From: a virus
Lineage: Duplodnaviria > Heunggongvirae > Uroviricota > Caudoviricetes
DNA: 37,529 bases
Reading direction: 5' to 3' (one strand)
Virus record (IMG/VR): IMGVR_UViG_2778261576_000005
Location: 1 to 37,529 of that record
The position numbers and the translations under genes were made by a program. The stretch's first letter is position 1. Each line of letters starts with the position of its first letter. Positions 37,076 through 37,529 of this stretch are shown one piece after another. The notes beneath the pieces were generated by a model. It saw nothing but the letters and a program-made list of their open reading frames with translations, had not been told where the DNA came from and did no database searches.

Positions 37076-37529
37076 AATGTTGAAGAGCAGCGAGTATCAG
37101 TTTTTTATGCCGTTTAACCATAGTTTTAGATATCTCAACTGCACATCGAACTTGTCTCATACAATGATCTGTAATGCGACCTTTTAGCACGTCACCATAT
37201 TGGATGGCTATTTTCTCTTTAATAATTTCAAGATCGAAAGCAGCATGAGCCTCAATGCAATTAACAAATGAGTCCCATTTAAGAAAATCATGGTCCTCTC
37301 TATTAATTTCGACCTGACAAGCCATAAGATCATTGTTTCTCTTAATAAATTCATTTATATCTGAATTTATTAGAAGAACTAAAAGAGGTTCACAGCAAAC
37401 AACCACCATATATTTTACTTTAGGTGGGGTCGTAAAATCACAATGAAGATACAATACATCACCGGGTGATATACCTCTTTCACGACTAAAATTAGCCTTA
37501 AAATCAGGAGGGAAACAATCACCCAGCAT
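37068..37529 (-). CDS. Hypothetical protein encoded on AT-rich DNA (153 aa), unknown function
   Basis: ORF runs to the window edge, which ends exactly on its ATG; convergent to the early-left operon. Confidence 0.5.
   Translation of the reverse strand: MLGDCFPPDFKANFSRERGISPGDVLYLHCDFTTPPKVKYMVVVCCEPLLVLLINSDINEFIKRNNDLMACQVEINREDHDFLKWDSFVNCIEAHAAFDLEIIKEKIAIQYGDVLKGRITDHCMRQVRCAVEISKTMVKRHKKLILAALQHYE

Noticed and set aside
1-37529. Integrase, attL/attR, tRNA or rRNA genes within the window
   Set aside because: No tyrosine or serine recombinase-sized ORF apart from the invertase fragment and no tRNA-like or rRNA-like sequence was recognised; int and att probably lie just beyond the right edge.

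Overview
The window reads as one nearly complete temperate lambdoid prophage of Enterobacteriaceae (E. coli-like), laid out in modules. All family calls rest on motifs and gene order read by eye; no database search was possible. Left to right: an SOS-boxed dinI-like gene, a DNA-invertase remnant, then on the minus strand a Mu-like contractile tail module (tailspike-type fiber, baseplate, DNA circulation, tape measure with -1 frameshift chaperone, tube, sheath), HK97-type head and packaging (capsid, protease, portal, TerL, TerS, HNH), a lysis cassette, Q-type late control with PR'/tR', a translationally coupled nin-like block (DUF968, KilA-N, RusA, LexA-domain protein, Dam methylase, PerC-like), an O-like replication gene with internal iterons, and Rha. 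The immunity region has a Cro-like gene and an S24-peptidase CI repressor flanked by operator repeats. The plus-strand early-left operon (YfdP/YfdQ/YfdR-like, PAPS-reductase-like, exonuclease, PrtN-like excisionase) follows. Integrase and att sites are not in the window. No rRNA, tRNA or CRISPR array was recognised. The most unusual loci are three AT-rich insertions: a cassette next to PL bounded by 89-bp direct repeats, a secreted-protein moron inside the tail operon, and a 153-aa ORF beyond xis. A LexA DNA-binding-domain-only protein is also notable.
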